A stretch of 64,000 nt of DNA, from assembly GCA_965223905.1 (NCBI GenBank), contig CBDCXV010000011.1:704001-768000 (forward strand), given 5' to 3'. This DNA comes from Candidatus Latescibacterota bacterium (GTDB lineage: Bacteria > Latescibacterota > UBA2968 > UBA8231). The stretch's first letter is position 1. Every line of letters starts with the position of its first letter. Shown one piece after another: positions 1-10,045 of the stretch. A program made the translations under genes and the position numbers. The notes beneath the pieces were generated by a model. It was not told the origin of the DNA. It searched no databases and worked only from the letters and a program-made list of their open reading frames with translations.

Positions 1-1
1 C

Positions 2-682
2 CAGAGCGCGGCGACCTCGGCGGTGACCGACGTGCCCGAGCCGCCGGACCCGCCCACCGGGGTGAGTGTGAGCGCGCCGGACAACATGGGCCATGAACGG
101 CTGTCGGTGAGCTGGACGGCGCCCGACAACAGCGGGCGGCCGGCGCTCAGCGGCTACGACGTGCACTACTGCAAGACCAACGAGGTCTTCTTGTGCGACA
201 GCTACGGCATCTGGTCCTCGCAGACAGTCGGCGGCGGCGCCAACAGTACCCTGCTGATCGGGCTGTCCTCCAACACCGGGTACACGGTGCAGGTGCGGGC
301 CCGCAACGCCGATGGCACCAGCGCCTGGTCCTCGCGGGCCACCGGCCCCACCCACTCGGCCGCCGCCAAGGCCCTGGCCGAGCAGCTGGCCGTGACCGGG
401 TTGGACGGGCTTGCCGCCCTGGCCGCCCCCAACCCTTTCAACTCCAGCACCACCCTCTATTTCCAGCTGACCGAAACCCAGGGGGTCTCCCTGGTCATCT
501 ACAGCCTGGCCGGACAGGTGGTCAAAACGCTGCTGCCCGGCCGCACCCTGAAAGCCGGGATTCACGAGGTGTCCTGGGAGGGCCGCGACGACCAGGGACG
601 CCCGGTGGCCGCCGGCGTCTACTTCTACCGGCTCATCGCAGGGGACAAAGCCCTGGTGCGCAAGATGACCCTCCTGAGGTGA
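2..682 (+). CDS. C-terminal part of a secreted/surface protein: fibronectin type III domain plus FlgD-Ig-like C-terminal domain (5' end outside the window)
   Basis: FN3 motifs (LSVSWTAPDNSGRP, YTVQVRARN); C-terminal PNPFNSST...W.GRD..GR.VA.GVYFYRL; frame open to the window start. Confidence 0.85.
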   Translation, partial: QSAATSAVTDVPEPPDPPTGVSVSAPDNMGHERLSVSWTAPDNSGRPALSGYDVHYCKTNEVFLCDSYGIWSSQTVGGGANSTLLIGLSSNTGYTVQVRARNADGTSAWSSRATGPTHSAAAKALAEQLAVTGLDGLAALAAPNPFNSSTTLYFQLTETQGVSLVIYSLAGQVVKTLLPGRTLKAGIHEVSWEGRDDQGRPVAAGVYFYRLIAGDKALVRKMTLLR

Positions 683-718
683 CAGACCCGGACGGTGACG
701 GCCATACCTGTCGGAGAC

Positions 719-1045
719 CTATCGAGGCTTCGCCTCAGACCGCCGAGGCATGTCGAGCTGGCCTCCCCTGGCTGGGGTACATAGAAAAAGCTCCAGTTGC
801 GCGGCGGTGGTCCCCGGAGGGACCCCGGTCAGTGGGACCGTCTGAGCGGTCGGTTGGCCGTGAGGCCGTGCCCAACTGGAGCCTGACCATGAATATAGCC
901 TCCTCTTCTGTGGCCGACATCCTGAACAAGCAGTGACCCTCCAGGTCGAGAGCATCGACCGCATGTACCTCATTGCGAAAGGGCCAAACTCGCCGCTTGA
1001 AACTTGACTCAAATGCCACAAAACCGCGCACCCAAGCAGGCCCTA
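719..1045 (+). mobile_element. Probable internally deleted, non-autonomous IS-like remnant with a structured leader
   Basis: 10-bp stem 790-799/873-882 enclosing small hairpins; ATG at 889 gives MNIASSSVADILNK, then after a frameshift VTLQVESIDRMYL joined to CERAKLAA*, then AACTTGACTCA; CTA at both ends. Family resemblance is from memory. Confidence 0.5.
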
Positions 1046-2095
1046 GGCCAGACTGACCTCTGCCCCCGCCATCTGGCTGCGGTAGATGCCGTCGAGAATC
1101 GTCATCACCTGCAGCGACTGCTCCGCCGGCACCGGCGAGGGCGCGTCCTCGGCGACGGCCCGGGCGAACTCGACGCACTCCTGGGCATGCGCCTCGAGAC
1201 CTTCCGGCATCAGTCTCACCGCCCTGTTGTAGAACTGGCGCGTCCGGTAGTTGGTCTCCAGAATTTCGCACTTCGGCCAGTGCAGGCCTCCGGCAGTCCC
1301 GTACAGCCACATCTGCATGTCCTCGCCGCTCGTGTCGTGATGCAGCAGCCAGCTCACTTCGAGGATCAGGGTCGCCCCGCTGTCGAAGCGAACGAACGCC
1401 GCGGCGAAGTCCTCGACGTCGAATTCCGGGGGGATCGAGCGGCGCCCGCCGCCGAAGGCCCCCTCCTGGCTGGCGATCTCGGCACGGGCGACGCCGCTGA
1501 CCGCTGCCGGCTGCGGGTTTCCCATGAACCAGAGGGTGAGGTCGAGGATGTGAACCCCGATATCGATGCACGGACCGCCCCCGCTCAAGCGCCGCTGCAC
1601 AAAACCGGAACCGGTCGGAGCGAATCCGCGGCGCAGCATCCAGCTGCGGGCGTGATAGATGTCACCGAGAACCCCGAGGTCGATTTCCGCCTTCATCGCC
1701 CGCGCCGAGGGCTCGAAGCGGAAATGCTGGGCCGTCATCAGCTTCCTTCCCGACTTGTCGCGCGCAGCGATCATTTCACGCACCAGGTCCGGAGTCGGCG
1801 CCAGGGGCTTTTCGCAGATCACGTGCTTTCCCGCTTCGAGCGCGGCGACGGCGAGAGGGGCGTGGTGCATGTTGGGAACGCAAATGTCGACGATGTCGAT
1901 TTCCGGGTCGGAGAACAGCTCTTCCTGGGTCGGGTACAGCCTGGAGACGCCCTGCTCCTCTCCCCACGACCGCAACACCGCAGCGTCGATATCACATCCG
2001 GCAACCACCTCGGCATGTCCCGAAGCCCGCCAACCGGGCATGTGAGACCGCGATATGCCGCCCACCCCGATGATCCCGACCTTCAGCGCCGCCAT
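1043..2095 (-). CDS. Gfo/Idh/MocA family oxidoreductase
   Basis: GIIGVGGIS Rossmann motif, CEKP, DIGVHILD. Confidence 0.93.
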   Translation of the reverse strand: MAALKVGIIGVGGISRSHMPGWRASGHAEVVAGCDIDAAVLRSWGEEQGVSRLYPTQEELFSDPEIDIVDICVPNMHHAPLAVAALEAGKHVICEKPLAPTPDLVREMIAARDKSGRKLMTAQHFRFEPSARAMKAEIDLGVLGDIYHARSWMLRRGFAPTGSGFVQRRLSGGGPCIDIGVHILDLTLWFMGNPQPAAVSGVARAEIASQEGAFGGGRRSIPPEFDVEDFAAAFVRFDSGATLILEVSWLLHHDTSGEDMQMWLYGTAGGLHWPKCEILETNYRTRQFYNRAVRLMPEGLEAHAQECVEFARAVAEDAPSPVPAEQSLQVMTILDGIYRSQMAGAEVSLA

Positions 2096-2205
2096 ACAGA
2101 ATCCTCCTTTTGTCCGAGTTTCCCTGCCTGGCGGAAATCAAGCGAATAGCAGGCGGCCATTCCACTGCCCGCAGAGCCGATCGAGCCGGGTAACGCTGGT
2201 GGTGT

Positions 2206-4290
2206 CTAGCGCCTGCGAAGATCGCCGAGGCGAAGCAGGTTCCTCCTGGGTGAGACCTGTTGCAGGTGGACCCTGACCGGATCCCCCGGGTGGGCTGACA
2301 TCTCTGTCGCGGCTACGTACCCCTCGATGTCGAAGCCATCGAGCAGAACCGTGTACCCCAGACCGGAGCGCCGTATCACCGTCGCCTGGAGGTCGGCGCC
2401 CTGATGCGGCTGGAGCGCCGCCAGAAGCCAGTAGCGGCGGCCGTGTCTTTCGACCCTGCGGGCCGCTTCGATTCCCGCAGCGCATTCTCCGAGCAGACGT
2501 TTCAGCTCTTCTTCGCAGACCAGGGCACTCCCGCTTTTCGCGGCGATCAGCTGTCTCTGCATGACGAGGTGCTCATAGCGGCCGAGCGGTGCCGTTCCGG
2601 CGGCGCAACGGGACAGGCCGAAGGCCTCGTGTTCCGCCGGTTTCACTTTTATCGACTCGGGTGTGCCCGCTTTTCGCAGCAGGTATGAACGCAACCTGAG
2701 GGAGTCCACCGATTCCCTGCCTGCCCCCGCTTCGATCGGGGTATCCCCGGGCAGAGGCCGAGTCCTGTACAGCGCCGGGATCCGGTGTTCTTCACACCAG
2801 GCCCCCAAATGCTCGCTGGCGACGTTAACACACTCGTCGAGGACCGTCTTCTCCATGTTGTCGATGCGGGAAATCGTCACTGTGCTGTCGGCGACCCGAA
2901 TGCCGGGCTCCCTATCCGGCACCCTCTCCATCGGCAGCCTGCCCTGCCGGCGGGCGCGGAGTTCCGCGGCGATCCCCGCCAGGGCACGCAATCCGCCCGG
3001 GGCCCGTCCTCCCGCAATGGAGGCCTCGGAGGAAATCATGCGCGGGCGGATGCGGCGCAGGGCGATGCGGCAGTCGCGGATGCGCAGATCGCGTCCCAGC
3101 ACCACTTCGATCCGCAGGGACGGTGTTGCCCGCTCGCCGCGGAAGCGCAGGGCTTCCTCCAGGGCGGGGGGAACAAGCGGGATGCGGCGGTCCGGCAGTT
3201 CGATGCTGGTGGCGCGGTCAGCGGCGTCCCTGTCCAGGGCACTGCCGGCCGGAACCGCAGCTGCGACCAGGGGCAGGTACACCTGCAGCCGGAATCCCCG
3301 AATCGTGCGCCGCGCCAGAACGGCAACAGCCGCAGACGGATCGGCCGGATCCGCGAAGGCGTAGGGCCGTCGCCAGACTCGGGTCGCTGCGAACCTGCCG
3401 ACCACCGCTGGGACCCTGTCGGCTTCGCGCAGGGACTCGGGAGAGAATTCCAGCGGCACGCCGCACCTGTGCAGCTCGAGGTTCTCATCCTTGTCCCAGA
3501 ATCCCAGCTGCACGAGCACATCGAAGGCCGCTCCGGGACCGTGAAGGTGGGCCCTCTCCATCAGGACAGCCGACTGCGAGCGCCGCCGACTTCCGCTGCC
3601 GAAAACGGCGGCTTCCCGCAACAACCGAACCGCTTCCTCCGCGTTTGCCGGGCGTGGGTCGGGGGCGGCCCCGTCGGCGACCCGGCGCACCCATGCCGCC
3701 ACCTCGGCAAGCTCTTTCTCCTCCTGTCTTTTTTGCGACTCGAGCTCCCCAGTTCGAGCCAGTGCCTCGCGGGAAAGCGGGGACCACCCATTTGCGTGGC
3801 GGGCGAAGAACCGGCCCTCCCAGAGAGCGCGCAGAAGGACCGGACGATCGTCCGGTCGCGGTGAACGGAAAAGGAGCTCGGCGAGCTCATCCAGCGACCA
3901 CACGCGGCGCTCCCCCTCCTCTGCGGCAATCTCCCACAGCGGCTGAAGCTCGACAGCGAGGCTGCGGGCGTGGCGCTGCTCGTCGATGCGGCGGAGATGG
4001 GACAGAGCCTCCTGTCTCGACAGGGTGGGCACCTTGCTGGTCGACAGGTCGAGGATCTTGTCGCGCCGCAACCAGCGTTCGCGGCCGCGTACGTCGATGA
4101 CGAGCAGACGGCGGCCGGGATGCCGCAACACGGCTCCGAACCAGAGGCCGCCACCGTGTGTGAATTCGACGAGAGATCCGTTGGCGAGGTTGCTGTGAGA
4201 CGGGACGCGGCGGCCGAAAAGCTGCCGGCCGACTTGCGATCGCACCCGGGGATCGTCGTGGCTCAGAAGATCCCGGACCCATGTTGGCAT
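2206..4290 (-). CDS. RNase II/R (RNB domain)-like protein with C-terminal S1-like domain, catalytic motif apparently degenerate
   Basis: RNB-like segments (RATSIELPDRRIPLVP, H.AFGL..C...TAPLGRYEHLVMQRQL); strong RBS. Confidence 0.75.
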   Translation of the reverse strand: MPTWVRDLLSHDDPRVRSQVGRQLFGRRVPSHSNLANGSLVEFTHGGGLWFGAVLRHPGRRLLVIDVRGRERWLRRDKILDLSTSKVPTLSRQEALSHLRRIDEQRHARSLAVELQPLWEIAAEEGERRVWSLDELAELLFRSPRPDDRPVLLRALWEGRFFARHANGWSPLSREALARTGELESQKRQEEKELAEVAAWVRRVADGAAPDPRPANAEEAVRLLREAAVFGSGSRRRSQSAVLMERAHLHGPGAAFDVLVQLGFWDKDENLELHRCGVPLEFSPESLREADRVPAVVGRFAATRVWRRPYAFADPADPSAAVAVLARRTIRGFRLQVYLPLVAAAVPAGSALDRDAADRATSIELPDRRIPLVPPALEEALRFRGERATPSLRIEVVLGRDLRIRDCRIALRRIRPRMISSEASIAGGRAPGGLRALAGIAAELRARRQGRLPMERVPDREPGIRVADSTVTISRIDNMEKTVLDECVNVASEHLGAWCEEHRIPALYRTRPLPGDTPIEAGAGRESVDSLRLRSYLLRKAGTPESIKVKPAEHEAFGLSRCAAGTAPLGRYEHLVMQRQLIAAKSGSALVCEEELKRLLGECAAGIEAARRVERHGRRYWLLAALQPHQGADLQATVIRRSGLGYTVLLDGFDIEGYVAATEMSAHPGDPVRVHLQQVSPRRNLLRLGDLRRR

Positions 4291-4519
4291 GGCTACCTCC
4301 TTCAGTCAGGTGCCCGTGTACCCCCGAAATCTTCGGCACGGGCCGGCTATCATGTATTTCTTGCCTGGCCTGGAAACGGACCTGCGGACGGACATCGAAG
4401 CAATGCCCTCGCGAGCGCCCGGGAATTGCCGGGAGGATGCCCCGATCCTACCGTATCTGCCGGCCGGCACAGTGTCAATCGCAATTTCCCGTAGCGCGGG
4501 CGGAACCGGAAAAGGCGGC

Positions 4520-5656
4520 ATGGAACAGTTCGAAACCATCGCACGCGAGCGCATCCACCGCATCGAGAAGGGCGTGCTACTGGGACGGCGACCCCGGCAG
4601 TTGGGATGCAACGCCCGTATCTCCGTCCATGGAGACGCGGTCAGGGACCAGGTGGTGCGGATTCGGACCGCCGGCGGGGGGATGGGAATCGGGTGGTCGG
4701 GAATCGCCGAAAAGCAGGCCGCCGAACTGGTCGGCAGGACTGTCGGAGAGCTGTTCTCGATGCCGGACGGGGCCAATCATGCAGGGTTGCCGATCGACCT
4801 GCCGCTCTGGGACCTGTGCGCCCGCCTGGCGGGCTTGCCCCTCTACCGGCTGCTCGGTCCGCGCGGCTCGCGCGAGGTAGAGCTGTACGACGGCTCCATT
4901 TACATCGACGATCTCGAGTTGAGCGACGCCGAGGCGCGCGCCCTGTACACGCGGCAGGTGCAGTCGGGATGGGATGCCGGCTACCGCAACTTCAAGATCA
5001 AGGTCGGGAGGGGGGCTCGCTGGATGCCTGCCACCGAGGGCCTCGCCCGCGACGCCCTGGTGATCCGGACCGTTCGGGAGGCAGCGGGAGCGAATGCCAG
5101 GATCCTGATCGACGCCAACATGGGCAACACCCTCAACAGCGCCAAGCAGCTGCTGGCGGAGACCGCGGACGCCCGCATCTACTGGTTCGAGGAGCCTTTT
5201 GCCGAGGACCTGCCGCTCAATCAGGCGCTTAAGGAGTTCATCCAGAAGAACGGCTACGACACGATGGTGGCCGATGGGGAATTCCATCCGCCCCCCTACT
5301 TTTTCGACCTTGTAGAAGAGGGTTGGATCGACATCGTGCAGCAGGATTTCCACCAGTACGGGCTGACCTGGTGGCGCGCTGTTTCAGCCCGGCTGGAGGG
5401 GTGTGCAGCGCGCTGTGCTCCCCATACCTGGGGCAGCTACGTCGAGCGCTTCACTCACGCCCATTTTGCCGCCTCCATACCCAATTTCGACCTCCTGGAA
5501 GCGGAGCCGGCCGATCTGCCGGGGCTGATCGCCGACGATTGGGAGATGGTCGATGGCCGCCTCATCGTCCCCGATACCCCCGGATCCGGCTTCGACATCG
5601 AGGAGGCGGTCTGGAACAGGGCCGTCGAGGCGAGCGGCTTCAGTCTCTCGGCCTGA
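4520..5656 (+). CDS. Mandelate racemase/muconate lactonizing enzyme (enolase superfamily)
   Basis: DLPLWDL, FKIKVG, IDAN, WFEEP, ADGE motifs; start taken at MEQFET. Confidence 0.88.
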   Translation: MEQFETIARERIHRIEKGVLLGRRPRQLGCNARISVHGDAVRDQVVRIRTAGGGMGIGWSGIAEKQAAELVGRTVGELFSMPDGANHAGLPIDLPLWDLCARLAGLPLYRLLGPRGSREVELYDGSIYIDDLELSDAEARALYTRQVQSGWDAGYRNFKIKVGRGARWMPATEGLARDALVIRTVREAAGANARILIDANMGNTLNSAKQLLAETADARIYWFEEPFAEDLPLNQALKEFIQKNGYDTMVADGEFHPPPYFFDLVEEGWIDIVQQDFHQYGLTWWRAVSARLEGCAARCAPHTWGSYVERFTHAHFAASIPNFDLLEAEPADLPGLIADDWEMVDGRLIVPDTPGSGFDIEEAVWNRAVEASGFSLSA

Positions 5657-5657
5657 T

Positions 5658-6560
5658 TCACCTGGCGCCGCTGCGGTTGCCGGGCCCCGGCCGATCGAGC
5701 CATCCGGGCAGGCGCACGGCCTCCGAATCCCGCCACGCCGTGAGGTAAAGGGAGGCGGTAAACTCCGCCGCGGTCGCGGCCTGCTGCAATCCGAACCGGG
5801 CGGCAGGCCCTGACAGCGGCTCGAAATCATCTGCCAGCTCGTACACCCGGCCGACGTTGTCGTGATTCTCCGCGAACCGGCTCATGACAGCCGCCATCAG
5901 GTCGCCGAACGGCTGCGGGCGGCAATCGGCTGCAAGGGCGTCCGGGTCGGGGGCGAGCCGATCGATAACAGAGTCGACCTTTTCGTGGATACCGGCGTGA
6001 AGCTTCGATCCGCCGCCCGACGAATCCCCCTCCGCTTGTACGTAGCCGTCGTAATGAATCGTGAGATGCAGGGGCTGGAACAGATCCTGGGCGTAGTGGG
6101 CCAGAAGTCCGGCGTATACCAGGGCCTTGCTTTTTGGCGCCTCCAGCCCGGGCCAGCGGCGGTGTTCCGCCAGTGCGAGGGTCAACTGCTCCGTCCACTC
6201 GGCGACGGCATAGGGCAGGAAACCGACCTCGGAAGGGCTGACCCCGACCTCGCGGCAGAGCCTCACGAATTCGTACCGCGTCGCCGGCAGGGGCCTGCCG
6301 GCCAGAAGCTCGATGTCGAGAAAATGTTCGGGATGCTCGCGGTCGCGCAGGTTCGGCAGGGACCGGTTTTTTGCCAGGTCGGGATCGTAAACGCTGCTGG
6401 CGACCAGTTCCTCCCCTTCCTTCAGAAACGCCGGCACTTCTTCCGGAAGGGCGCGTATGGCCGCCCTCGTGATGATCTCGTGTCCATCACCCCACCACCC
6501 ACAGGCGCTTCGCCCGGAGACAGCGATCAGGAAAAGGAGGAAAAGCACCTGGAAGGGCAT
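5658..6560 (-). CDS. Secreted S1/P1 nuclease / Zn-dependent phospholipase C-like protein
   Basis: Signal peptide followed by W(W)GDGH; HF.D; HYAQDLFQPLH; IHEK. Confidence 0.85.
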   Translation of the reverse strand: MPFQVLFLLFLIAVSGRSACGWWGDGHEIITRAAIRALPEEVPAFLKEGEELVASSVYDPDLAKNRSLPNLRDREHPEHFLDIELLAGRPLPATRYEFVRLCREVGVSPSEVGFLPYAVAEWTEQLTLALAEHRRWPGLEAPKSKALVYAGLLAHYAQDLFQPLHLTIHYDGYVQAEGDSSGGGSKLHAGIHEKVDSVIDRLAPDPDALAADCRPQPFGDLMAAVMSRFAENHDNVGRVYELADDFEPLSGPAARFGLQQAATAAEFTASLYLTAWRDSEAVRLPGWLDRPGPGNRSGAR

Positions 6561-6569
6561 CGCCGAGAG

Positions 6570-7394
6570 TCAGTACTCCAGCCTGTTTACGTCGACGGTC
6601 CTGCTCCAGGCCTCGAACTCGGCATTCATCGTTTCGGTCCAGCCGCGGTCTATTTCACCCGGGCTGTAACGTCCCTCGCGAATGGACTGTTTTCCCCAGT
6701 AATCCCGCAGGCGCGTCATTTCGGACGATTCGACCACCTGCCGGGCATACTTCGCAGGGATGAAAATGACGCCGCTGGATGTTCCGAGCACGATGTCTCC
6801 GGGCAGCACCGACGCCTGTCCGACGCGAATCGGTCCGTTGATCTCCGTCAGTGTGACCTCGCCGATGCCGGTCGGGTGAAGCCCCTTGGCGAAGACGTTG
6901 ATCGGCAGCTCGCGGACCCGCTGGGTGTCGCGGATCGAGCCATCGACGACCAGTCCGGTGCCTCCGGTGTTGGCGGCGATGGCGGTGCCGAGATTGTCGC
7001 CGATAAAGGTGCCGCGGACGATCTTCCCGAAGAGCTCGACGACGAGGACGTCGCCGGACACGAGGGTGTCGATCACCCACGAGTTCTGACCGCCGACGCG
7101 GCCTTCCCTGCTGCCTGCCGCCTCCGTGACCTGGTGGAGATCGGGGCGATGAGGAACGTAGCGGCAGGTCACGGCGCGCCCGGTCAAGACGCGCTCCGGG
7201 TGGAGATTGATCCAGTCCCCTTCGAACTGGAAGTGGTACTCCTGGCCATGCAGGACGCCCCAGGCCTCCTCGGTCGTCACCTTCTTCATCCGTTCCAGGA
7301 TATCATCGGGAACCATCGGGCGCCCGTCCTCGGACCGGGCCCCTTCGTATTCGGAAGTCAGTTCGCGAATTCGTTCTGCGGACAGCAATTCCAT
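6570..7394 (-). CDS. RraA/HMG aldolase family protein
   Basis: GRAVT, IGDNLGTAI, VVDGSIRD, V.PGDIVLG. Confidence 0.85.
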   Translation of the reverse strand: MELLSAERIRELTSEYEGARSEDGRPMVPDDILERMKKVTTEEAWGVLHGQEYHFQFEGDWINLHPERVLTGRAVTCRYVPHRPDLHQVTEAAGSREGRVGGQNSWVIDTLVSGDVLVVELFGKIVRGTFIGDNLGTAIAANTGGTGLVVDGSIRDTQRVRELPINVFAKGLHPTGIGEVTLTEINGPIRVGQASVLPGDIVLGTSSGVIFIPAKYARQVVESSEMTRLRDYWGKQSIREGRYSPGEIDRGWTETMNAEFEAWSRTVDVNRLEY

Positions 7395-7632
7395 CGGCGC
7401 AATCCTGCGTTGGAGACTTCTATTTTTTTGTAGGAGCAGGTTCCGCTGAATTCGGCGGCCGTATTCAAGCGCCAAGGGAGGGTTGCCTGTTTCAGGCGGC
7501 ACCGGCAGGTACTTTTGCTCTTCGGGGCAATATGACCCCACGCCGGATCGAGGGTCAAGAAAGGGTTGGTGGCAGTTCCATCATCTACCCTTTCGAGGTC
7601 CGCGGCATCCGGGGCCTTCCTGCGGGTGCCCA

Positions 7633-8103
7633 CTAGAACGGCAGATCGTCCGCTCTGAAATCGGAGATCCCCGGAGCCGCGGGAGAAGCCGGACGGGTAA
7701 TTGCGTCGAGCTCGAGCTGGGTTTCTTCCCCGCGCCCGTATTTCATGTCGAGCTCTCCGGGGCCCCCGGCGGCGTCGATGAGCTGGAGATCGGTGACCAT
7801 GATCTCCGTGACGTAGTGCCGGCGCCGGTTGGCGTCCTCCCAGTTGCGCGTGTGCAGCCTGCCCTCGACGCGGACCTTGCTTCCCTTCTTCAGGTACTGG
7901 CCGGCGATCTCGGCGAAGCGCCTCCACATGACGAGCCGATGCCACTCGGTGCGCCGTCGCCGCTTCCCCTTGTTGTCGGTCCAGTCGTCGTCGGTCGCCA
8001 GGCGCACACTGGCAACCTGCGTCCCCCTCGGCGTGAACCTGATTTCCGGATCGGCGCCGAGATTCCCGACCAGTATGACCTTGTTGATGTTTCCTGCGGC
8101 CAT
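7633..8103 (-). CDS. ssb: Single-stranded DNA-binding protein
   Basis: INKVILVGNLGADPE, TEWHR, KGSKVRVEGRL, C-terminal DDLPF. Confidence 0.95.
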   Translation of the reverse strand: MAAGNINKVILVGNLGADPEIRFTPRGTQVASVRLATDDDWTDNKGKRRRRTEWHRLVMWRRFAEIAGQYLKKGSKVRVEGRLHTRNWEDANRRRHYVTEIMVTDLQLIDAAGGPGELDMKYGRGEETQLELDAITRPASPAAPGISDFRADDLPF

Positions 8104-8111
8104 CCCCCACC

Positions 8112-8303
8112 TCACTCTCCGCCATCTCCGGAGAGATGCCCCCTGCCCCCGCGTTTGCGACGGGACTGTGGAGTCTGGATTCCGAAGCGCCGGCAAAGCC
8201 GGCCGAAACTGCTCGGAGCTATACCCAGAGCCAGGCCGGCATCGCGATTGCTGGCGTAAATGCGCGCTGCGCGCTCGATGCGGTCGCGATCAAATCTCTC
8301 CAA
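8112..8303 (-). CDS. Small Fis-like HTH protein
   Basis: TTG start after AGGAGG; ERAARIYASNRDAGLALGIAPSSFGRLCRRFGI fits an HTH; 8 bp from ssb. Confidence 0.65.
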   Translation of the reverse strand: MERFDRDRIERAARIYASNRDAGLALGIAPSSFGRLCRRFGIQTPQSRRKRGGRGHLSGDGGE

Positions 8304-8325
8304 TTCCCGATCCTCCTGTCGGCTT

Positions 8326-8380
8326 TGCACATGATTGGACAAGTGCACATAATTTTACTAACCAAATGTGCATATGTCAA
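8326..8380 (-). promoter_or_regulatory. Sigma70 promoter with a repeated TGCACAT operator for the HTH-ssb operon
   Basis: TTGACA (8380-8375) and TAAAAT; TGCACAT at 8326 and 8344, inverted copy at 8366. Confidence 0.6.
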
Positions 8381-9966
8381 GGCCATTCCGTGCGGTAGGC
8401 CACCAGGAGATCGCCGGCGCTAATGGATCTCGACTCGAGCGAAACGCTGTGTACCGGAATGAGATATCTGGATTCAACCAGCCGGGGGTACCAGTTCGGC
8501 ATGACGACGACGAACTCCGGTCTCCTCGCCACCAGGAATTCCAGCACGCCCCCGTCGGCAGCCTGCCGCGGCCGCAGATAGGTCAGCACCTCCGGGGTGA
8601 TCAGTCCCGCGGTATCGATGATCCGCCGCCCGCTGAAGTACCCGAGGGCCCCTATATCGTGTGTCGCCACCACGGCATCTTCCGGAGCCTCCCGGGCGAT
8701 CCAGCGGGCCATCGGCACGTGCATCTGCTGAATATCGCGGACGTTCTCTCCGAACTGCCTGGCCCCGCCCGGCTGCATGAGCAGGGCGTTGAAGACCACC
8801 GCCATCCAGGCGAGGCCGCCCGGCCGGAGGACCCGGGATTCCCGCACAAAGCCGGAGGAGCTCGAACTGCACAGCCACACCAGGAAATCGCGAAGACCCA
8901 TGGTTCCGAGAACCGCCATCAATGGAATCAGGTGAGCGAAGTAGCGGCCGTGCTGAAAGGTCGCTCCCTTGTACGGGGCCAGTACCCCGCGGACCAGGGG
9001 AAGCGCCAGGATCAGAACCAGGAGGAGCCGCTCCGGGCCCGCAGGCCGGCGCCGCGCCGCGAAGGCCCCCGCGAGCGCTCCGGCAGTCAGAACCGCGTTG
9101 TTCGTCACGCTGTACTCGATTGTCTCAACTAGTTGCACCAGTGGGTAGTAGACGAGGCATTTCAACACTTGAAGGACATCGAGCCGGGCCAGTGCTCCCG
9201 GCAGACCGTACGGTCCGACCTTGGCGTAGTAGGTATTGGGAAACGGATGTCCTATGGTGGCGAAGTTGAAGGCGACGAAGGGGGCGAGCAGCAGCGCGAA
9301 GAGCAGGCAGGGCCGCGCCAGGTCACCGAGAACCCGGATCCGGGGGCCCGGAGGCATCCGCAGCCAGCTGTCGAGGAGGAGGACCGGAAACAGGAGCAGG
9401 CATTCGGGCCGCGCCAGTGAGGACGCGGCGAGCAGGACGGTGGCTCCCGGCCCGGGTGGCGCCCCCCGGGAGCGCAGACAGAGCCAGATGCCGGCAGTCG
9501 CGGCGGCGGCGTACAGGGTGATCTCCATGCCCGACAGGCTGCCCCAGATCAACCTCGGGGTGGTCGCCGCGGACAGACTGGCGAGCAACGCCCAGCCGCC
9601 GCTCAATCCCGCCTGGCGGGCGAGGAGGAAGGTGAAGGTTGCCGTTCCCCACAGCAGCAGGACGCCCACCAGCTTCGCCGCCATCACGACATCGACCGGC
9701 AGCAGGTGCAACCCCGCCAGCAGGACGGTCCACAGAGGGGCGGACGAGGCCGAGACCGGTTCTCCCGCGTTGAAGTACATGCCATGGCCGCTGCTGAGGT
9801 TGCGGGCCATCTGCATGTGGATCCAGGAATCGTCGAGGGGAAATCCCCAGGCCCGGTTCAGCTCCCACTCGGCAAGCAGCCAGGGGACGACCGCGGCGCT
9901 GACCGCGAGGCCCATGACCAGCGCCGACCACCGGCCGGACAGGGATCTGGCTGGAGGGCTCATCAC
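8377..9966 (-). CDS. Polytopic membrane glycosyltransferase (GT-C fold-like)
   Basis: DDSWIH, G...SSAPLW, SGME, ARPE, PNTYYAK, DIGALGYFS; many TM segments. Confidence 0.75.
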   Translation of the reverse strand: MMSPPARSLSGRWSALVMGLAVSAAVVPWLLAEWELNRAWGFPLDDSWIHMQMARNLSSGHGMYFNAGEPVSASSAPLWTVLLAGLHLLPVDVVMAAKLVGVLLLWGTATFTFLLARQAGLSGGWALLASLSAATTPRLIWGSLSGMEITLYAAAATAGIWLCLRSRGAPPGPGATVLLAASSLARPECLLLFPVLLLDSWLRMPPGPRIRVLGDLARPCLLFALLLAPFVAFNFATIGHPFPNTYYAKVGPYGLPGALARLDVLQVLKCLVYYPLVQLVETIEYSVTNNAVLTAGALAGAFAARRRPAGPERLLLVLILALPLVRGVLAPYKGATFQHGRYFAHLIPLMAVLGTMGLRDFLVWLCSSSSSGFVRESRVLRPGGLAWMAVVFNALLMQPGGARQFGENVRDIQQMHVPMARWIAREAPEDAVVATHDIGALGYFSGRRIIDTAGLITPEVLTYLRPRQAADGGVLEFLVARRPEFVVVMPNWYPRLVESRYLIPVHSVSLESRSISAGDLLVAYRTEWP

Positions 9967-10045
9967 CTGGCCGGGGTTGCCGGGGGGTCCCCTGCGGCAG
10001 GGGTAGCGACCGGGTTCACCGGGTTTCTCCGAAATGCAGTCGAAA

